Below, one piece after another: positions 58,449 through 64,000 of a stretch of 64,000 nt of DNA. This DNA comes from Abditibacterium sp. (lineage in GTDB: Bacteria > Armatimonadota > Abditibacteriia > Abditibacteriales > Abditibacteriaceae). Location of the stretch: the NCBI GenBank assembly GCA_965199495.1, contig CBDASK010000003.1:2368001-2432000 (forward strand), given 5' to 3'. The stretch's first letter is position 1. Each line of letters starts with the position of its first letter. Below the pieces are notes generated by a model. It saw only the letters and a program-made list of their open reading frames with translations. It was not told the origin of the DNA and made no database searches. Position numbers and translations under genes: made by a program.

Positions 58449-60398
58449 TTAATCCAAAGGCGAGTCCAAGTCAATTGCCACAGATTCAATTTTTCCTTTG
58501 AAGGGAAACGGTGCGTCGTATGGCCCAACGGCGCCATCGGAATCGCGGCCAACGCTCAATCCATCGAGCGGTTGCGAATCTATCAATTTGGGCGCTTGCC
58601 CCTGCGCCACGACCTTGCCATCCACGCTGAGCGTGAGCGTCTGGTCGGCGCTCAGACGCGCGACCACGCTGTGCGCGCCTTTCACCGCTTGCGGCGAAAC
58701 CACTTGCGACGCTTTGCTGTCAACGCGCACCAAAAAGTGCAATTTGCTTTCTTTGTCGAGGAACAGCGTGTAACCTACAGCCGCGCCGCCCTGCGCCACA
58801 ATCACGCCGCCGTTCGCCGCATCTGTAGCATCGAATTTGGCCGTAACGCGAATGCCGTGTTTGGCCAAATTAGGCGCCTGAAGGCGACCCAGAGTTTGGC
58901 CCGCTTTCAAATCGAAGTGAACCGTGTCACTAAATTTCGGCTGCGAAGGCGCGGGCACGGGCGGCAAAGTTTTGTTCCAGTCCATCACCGCTTTGGTGAG
59001 GCGCGCCACCAACTGCGGTTGCGCCGCCGCCAAGTTATTGGTTTCGCCGACGTCTTTGCTCAAATCATAAAGCTGAGGCTGCGAGCCGTCGTCCTGCACC
59101 AACAATTTCATATTGCCTTCGCGCACGGCGAAACCGGGCAACGGCTCTGCGGGCGAACCGGGACGATCCGGCGGGCGCTTCCAAAACAGCGGTTGCGTGC
59201 GGCCATTTTGCGTCTTGCCCAGCAAAGTCGCGCTCAAATTCGAGCCGTCGCTTTTGGGCACATTTTTCACGCCTGCGATGTTCAAAATCGAGGGCAGAAA
59301 ATCCGCGCCCGAAACAATGGCGCTGTCGTTGACCGTGCCCGCTTTGGCGGCGGGAATTAGTCCCGGCCCCCACACGATGAGCGGTTCGCGAATGCCGCCT
59401 TCGTAAAGTTGGCCTTTGCTGCCGCGAAACGGTTTGGCCAGCCCCGCGCCCTCTTCTGGCCCGTTATCACTGGCAAAAATTATTAACGTGTTATCGCGCA
59501 ATTTTGGGTCGTTGCGAACTTTGTCAAAGAGCGGCCCCAGTTCTTTGTCCATGTTGGTCACCACGCCGCGATACAACTCGCGTTTGCCGCCGTCGCCGCG
59601 CAGGGTTTGCGGCGGGTCGTAGGGCGAATGCACGTCGTCAGGCCACAGGTTGATGTAAAACGGTTTATCGTTTTTTTCGGCCTGATCGATGAAACCGAGC
59701 GCGCCGTTGACGAACGCGCTCGTCACATCGGCGCGCGGCACCCACGTCACTTTGCCGCGCCCCAGTTGCGCGCTGGCCACGCCCAATCCCAATTTTTCTT
59801 CGGGCTTGCCGTTTTGCGCGCTCATCACGGGCAAAACGCGGTCGCCCAAACCCTCAAACTGAGTCAGCGATTGGGCAAATCCATATTGCGTCGGCAACGG
59901 CGCTTCACCGACATCGCGCCCGCCGCCCATGTGCCATTTGCCGAAATGGCCGCTCGCATAACCGGCGTTCGTCAAAGAACGCGCGACGGTTGGCGCGCTC
60001 AGATCGAGCCACTGCGCCATGCCGCGCCGGTTGTTGAGTTCGCGATTATCAATGTAAGACGTGATGTTCCAGCGCGCCGGATATTGTCCCGTCGTAAACG
60101 CGGTGCGCGAGGGCGAACAAATCGGCGAATTCACGTAAAACTGCGTGAAACGAATGCCTTCGGCAGCCAGACGATCCACGTTGGGCGTTTTCACGCCTTG
60201 GCCGCCGTAAAGCGGCAAATCGGCGTAGCCCATATCGTCGGCCAGCACGAAAATGATGTTGGGTTTTGAAGGAGTTTTCGCCATCGGTGCAGGTTGAGGT
60301 TGCGGCGCAGCGGCTGGCTGTGGAGCCGAACGCGCGTTACAACCCGACACCGCCGTGGCTACTACGGCAAGTAGGCCACTAAAAAATACTTTATTCAT
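58449..60398 (-). CDS. Sulfatase (GalNAc-6-sulfatase-like) lipoprotein with C-terminal LamG/ConA-like module
   Basis: DDMGY, CSPSRTAFTTG, GKWHMG, SDNGPE; lipobox VSGC. Confidence 0.9.
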   Translation of the reverse strand: MNKVFFSGLLAVVATAVSGCNARSAPQPAAAPQPQPAPMAKTPSKPNIIFVLADDMGYADLPLYGGQGVKTPNVDRLAAEGIRFTQFYVNSPICSPSRTAFTTGQYPARWNITSYIDNRELNNRRGMAQWLDLSAPTVARSLTNAGYASGHFGKWHMGGGRDVGEAPLPTQYGFAQSLTQFEGLGDRVLPVMSAQNGKPEEKLGLGVASAQLGRGKVTWVPRADVTSAFVNGALGFIDQAEKNDKPFYINLWPDDVHSPYDPPQTLRGDGGKRELYRGVVTNMDKELGPLFDKVRNDPKLRDNTLIIFASDNGPEEGAGLAKPFRGSKGQLYEGGIREPLIVWGPGLIPAAKAGTVNDSAIVSGADFLPSILNIAGVKNVPKSDGSNLSATLLGKTQNGRTQPLFWKRPPDRPGSPAEPLPGFAVREGNMKLLVQDDGSQPQLYDLSKDVGETNNLAAAQPQLVARLTKAVMDWNKTLPPVPAPSQPKFSDTVHFDLKAGQTLGRLQAPNLAKHGIRVTAKFDATDAANGGVIVAQGGAAVGYTLFLDKESKLHFLVRVDSKASQVVSPQAVKGAHSVVARLSADQTLTLSVDGKVVAQGQAPKLIDSQPLDGLSVGRDSDGAVGPYDAPFPFKGKIESVAIDLDSPLD

Positions 60399-60444
60399 TA
60401 CAGATATTCCTGAAGATCACTGGCACATCATTAACGAAACTAAA

Positions 60445-61203
60445 TTAGTTGTTAATGATATTAAACGTTGGATTGTTACCGGAAGTCGCGAACGGCGTGG
60501 CGCCATTGTAAATCACCGAACTGGTGTCCTGAGTAGAGGCTTTATACCACTTGACATGCCCATCGGTGAACGACAAGTTCAAACCTTCCAAGTGCTTCTG
60601 CCCACCTGCCGTCAGGTTGGTCACCAAACCAGGGCCACCGCAAGACGCAGCAACGGCAGGGGTGGGGGTTTGACCTCCCGCATTGCAGCCGTTAGCATTG
60701 AAACGCGATGTTGTATGCGGGCTAGTATTCCCACCATCACCGTTCATAATGGTCAGCGAGGGATTAATAATGGCTGCCTGCGACATACCAACAGTGTCCG
60801 CAGCTGTGGTTCCGGAGTTGACTGCCTTATTCATCCAGTAAGTTGTGTAGCCAGCGGCAGTCGGATTATCACCAGTGGGGCCGGTGAAACTGGGGCATTT
60901 AAATAACTGAGTGCTCTTCACATATGGCTGAATGGCGTCGGCCCAACCATAAGGCACTGAACCGGCAACGAACGCGATTTTCGGAAATCGCTCGTCGTAA
61001 TCCTGAACGTATTGCAAAATGCCCAAGCCGATTTGCTTGAGATTGCTCTGGCACGAAGAACGTCGCGCGTTTTCGCGCGCACGCGCGAAAACTGGGAACA
61101 AAATCGCCGCGAGAATGGCGATGATGGCGATAACAACGAGCAATTCGATCAAAGTAAAAGCTTGAAATCGGTTTTGCTGACGTGAAAGTGAAGTGTTTTT
61201 CAT
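60445..61203 (-). CDS. DUF1559 prepilin-type N-terminal cleavage / H-X9-DG protein
   Basis: [59 protein letters not shown]. Confidence 0.93.
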   Translation of the reverse strand: MKNTSLSRQQNRFQAFTLIELLVVIAIIAILAAILFPVFARARENARRSSCQSNLKQIGLGILQYVQDYDERFPKIAFVAGSVPYGWADAIQPYVKSTQLFKCPSFTGPTGDNPTAAGYTTYWMNKAVNSGTTAADTVGMSQAAIINPSLTIMNGDGGNTSPHTTSRFNANGCNAGGQTPTPAVAASCGGPGLVTNLTAGGQKHLEGLNLSFTDGHVKWYKASTQDTSSVIYNGATPFATSGNNPTFNIINN

Positions 61204-61427
61204 GTTTTTAACCTTCAAAAATATTTTGTTCTCTTCCCGCTTTTGCTCTTGCTACGGATTTGACGGCGAGATTGCCAATACACCAAAACAACCCAATTTG
61301 CGAAACGTCATGGTTGACAAGATTGTGGGCGAGAAAGAGCTAACTTATAGTAGAACGTAATTGCACTATACAGGCGATAAGATTAAAAGTCTCTCAACTC
61401 AGATTTTTTGTCATGGGCGAGGCAAGG

Positions 61428-62636
61428 TCAATAGTCAAGTTTCGCCTGGGGATTGATTTGGTCTGCGCGCCATTGCGAAGGGGTTTTTCCGAATGTTTTT
61501 TTGAATTGCGCCATCATATATTGGGAATGATCGAAGCCAGAAAGTTCGGCGATGCGCGCCAAACTCAAATCTGTTTCGCGCAACAGTTGCTGGACTTTCC
61601 GAAGGCGCACGCGACGGATTTCCTGTTGTGGAGAACAGTTGAGGTAACGCCGGAAATTGCGCTCCAGCGTCGAGCGCGACATACGCACATGAGCCGCGAC
61701 TTCGTCGGCGGAGAGGGTGCCGCAAGCGCGTTCGCGGATGAACTGCAAGGCTCTGGCGATAGCTGGGTCTTCCACGGCTCGAATATCGGACGATTGGCGC
61801 GTGATCACTTCGATGGGCGGCAGATAAATTTGCTCGACGGGAGCCTCGTTGTTCGCAGTGTCACCCGGCTTCGCGTTCATCAAACGGTCGAGCCAAGCGG
61901 CGGCTTCAAAGCCGAGCTTTTCGGTGGCAGGCATCACACTCGAAAGCGGCGGATTGCATAATTGGCACAGAGTCTCCGAGTTATCCACACCAACAACGGC
62001 GACCTGTTCGGGCACAGCCACGTCCAGCGTGCGACAAGCATCAAGAACGTGCTGGCCGCACACATCATTGCAAGTGACGATGCCAACGGGAAAATCGAGG
62101 CTTCCAATCCACTGGCACAGGAGGTCGCGCTCTTGCACTTTATTGCGTTTGGGAGGGGCTGAGGGCAACTCGAAAACGCCACACAATCGCGCATTTGCGC
62201 TCAGCGCGTTCTCCTCTATCGCGTTCTTGACGCCGAGCAAACGCTGTTGCGACCACAATTCGTTCTCGAATCCGCAATAGGCGATGCGCTCAAAACCGCG
62301 TTCGAGCAGATGCCGCGTCGCCATCGCGCCGATGGCTGGTGTGTCGGAGGCGATGTAGGGCAATCCCAAAAAACCGTGATGCTCGTTGCAATCTATGACC
62401 GGCACAGCACGCTGGCTGAGTGCGCGCGCCAATTCGGGCGTTGTGAAGCGACAGATAATACCGTCACCTTCCCAATCGGCCAACCATTGAGGTGGATCTA
62501 ATATGCGCCCACGCTCATCCAAAAAGATCGACCAATTCGCATATGCGTTCATGTAACGCGAGATGCCGCGCAAAATTTGGCGCCCATAAACGCCCGAAGT
62601 TTCGATAATCAACGCGACGTTGGCTCGTTTTTTCAT
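61428..62636 (-). CDS. XylR-type regulator (LacI-like sensor plus AraC HTH)
   Basis: YGRQILRGI, VPEQVAVVGVDN, PPLSSV, RQSSD, C-terminal AraC HTH. Confidence 0.9.
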   Translation of the reverse strand: MKKRANVALIIETSGVYGRQILRGISRYMNAYANWSIFLDERGRILDPPQWLADWEGDGIICRFTTPELARALSQRAVPVIDCNEHHGFLGLPYIASDTPAIGAMATRHLLERGFERIAYCGFENELWSQQRLLGVKNAIEENALSANARLCGVFELPSAPPKRNKVQERDLLCQWIGSLDFPVGIVTCNDVCGQHVLDACRTLDVAVPEQVAVVGVDNSETLCQLCNPPLSSVMPATEKLGFEAAAWLDRLMNAKPGDTANNEAPVEQIYLPPIEVITRQSSDIRAVEDPAIARALQFIRERACGTLSADEVAAHVRMSRSTLERNFRRYLNCSPQQEIRRVRLRKVQQLLRETDLSLARIAELSGFDHSQYMMAQFKKTFGKTPSQWRADQINPQAKLDY

Positions 62637-62679
62637 GATAAATCGGAAACATCGCTCAAAGGGAATGGCCCTGAGATTC

Positions 62680-62775
62680 CGTAGAGACGACGATTTATCG
62701 CGTCTAAAATGTTGGGCTTGCGTTTGTGTGGGAGCAAGTTCAACATTTTAGACGCGATAAATCGTCGTCTCTACG
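62680..62775. repeat. GTAG-type REP doublet (variant)
   Basis: CGTAGAGACGACGATTTATCGCGTCTAAAATGTTG and its inverse. Confidence 0.85.
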
Positions 62776-62819
62776 AAAACATCGAGAATCTCAACTCTGA
62801 TTAACGATTTTTGCAAATT

Positions 62820-64000
62820 TTACCATTTGATTTCGACCATCTGGGCATCAACCGAGTTGGGAAAACGCAAACGCAAAACCTGACTTTTGCCCACAACATC
62901 GGCGTCCATTTGACCCGCCCCCAGAGCTTTACCGCCGACCGTCACCGATTTCGGCATCGCGGGCACAATGGCGCGCACCACGGCGTTGGTATCAGCCACG
63001 CCGCTCGACATAAACGAAAGCGAATTTACGCTCGCCTTTTCATTATCCACGCGACACGCCGCCGCCACGACTTGCGGCGTTTGCGGCGTCGCGTCCAAAT
63101 TGAACAGGTAAGCCCGTCGCCGTGGCTGCAACTCGATGCGCGTTACCAAGGGCAAATTGGCGTCGAACAAATCAATGAAATGTCCGTTCACGGTTTGCGC
63201 GGGCGCGCCTGCGATGGGGTCGTCCAAACCCGACGCGACGACGAACGGGCCGCGCGACAAAACTAAGGCGTTCGATTCGCGCCACGGCAAACCGATGCTT
63301 TCCGATGCGCTTTTGACGAGGGCGCGCAACGTTTCGCCGCCGTTGTCATCGTGAGACAGCGCCGCCGGAGACAGCGCCGCGCGCGTGACCAGTCCTTTGC
63401 CGACTTTTTGCGTGCCAACGAAATCTACCCCCAAGCCCAACTGTTCCATCAAATGCTGGCGCGGCGTCGCGTAATTGTTGCCTTTCTCATTCCACCATTC
63501 GCGCACCGCGTTATACGGATCATCGTCGTTGTCAACGACGACGAGGGCGCCGCCCGCGCGCACCCATTTGGCGAGCGCCGCGTGAACGGCGGGCGATGGC
63601 GGCTTCTGGCCTTCGTAAGTCAAAACCAAGACTTTATAAGGGCTGAGAAAATCGTCCCGGACAATCGAACTTTCCAATTGCACCGGCACGACCGGAACGC
63701 CGCGCATAAGCAGCGGCATTGCCAATCCGTAAAACGAACCCAAACGCCCGTCGGACGGCGTGGGGTCGCCGCGCTCGAACATCAACGAATCGGAAACCAA
63801 AACGCCCACGCCCTGCGTGCCGCTGGCTTCCCATTTCACGTTGGGTTGCTTCATCTGTCCCAGCGAATTAATCACACTTTGCAGTTCGGTTTCGTAGGCC
63901 GGAGGAATCGTCGTTTTCTCGACCTCTCCCGGCGGGCGCAGCGACGCCTCTTTGACCGGATATTTGCCGTTCCAGATGCGTTCGGGCCACGGCATAATTT
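62820..64000 (-). CDS. C-terminal part of a hypothetical protein (possible carbohydrate-active enzyme); 5' end lies outside the window
   Basis: Open frame to the window edge; GATase-like segment YKVLVL...AKWVRAGGALVVV. Confidence 0.6.
   Translation of the reverse strand, partial: IMPWPERIWNGKYPVKEASLRPPGEVEKTTIPPAYETELQSVINSLGQMKQPNVKWEASGTQGVGVLVSDSLMFERGDPTPSDGRLGSFYGLAMPLLMRGVPVVPVQLESSIVRDDFLSPYKVLVLTYEGQKPPSPAVHAALAKWVRAGGALVVVDNDDDPYNAVREWWNEKGNNYATPRQHLMEQLGLGVDFVGTQKVGKGLVTRAALSPAALSHDDNGGETLRALVKSASESIGLPWRESNALVLSRGPFVVASGLDDPIAGAPAQTVNGHFIDLFDANLPLVTRIELQPRRRAYLFNLDATPQTPQVVAAACRVDNEKASVNSLSFMSSGVADTNAVVRAIVPAMPKSVTVGGKALGAGQMDADVVGKSQVLRLRFPNSVDAQMVEIKW

Noticed and set aside
1003..63127. 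Iterated 9-mer as Chi or KOPS
   Set aside because: The 14 plus and 13 minus copies are interleaved, whereas Chi and KOPS are strand-polarised along a replichore.

Overview
GC-rich bacterial chromosome segment. The combination of a DUF1559 prepilin-type protein, many Cys-type sulfatases, a Dop depupylase and a BlaI/M56 pair suggests an Abditibacteriota/Armatimonadota-like organism; this is inference. Housekeeping genes include rpsF-ssb-rpsR, tatD, xylB, trxB, argH, trxA and valS. Other genes include a BlaI/BlaR1-like module, a KaiC-like ATPase, an adenylate cyclase, a large beta-helix surface protein, two tandem ferredoxins, dop followed by a small protein and a frameshifted zeta-like kinase, and a six-sulfatase cluster with DUF1559 and an XylR-type regulator. 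I saw no rRNA, tRNA, CRISPR array or intact transposase. The strongest unexplained signal is the 9-mer GCCGTGGCT/AGCCACGGC. I counted at least 27 exact copies by eye, split about equally between strands and falling in all six codon phases; one inverted pair forms a terminator, the pattern typical of a DNA-uptake-sequence-like motif. Also notable: at least five families of long intergenic palindromes, an IS4-like MITE with a target duplication nested inside one palindrome while carrying another, and a palindromic operator shared by the distant trxA and trxB promoters. Start codons were adjusted by eye where the ORF track overextends.
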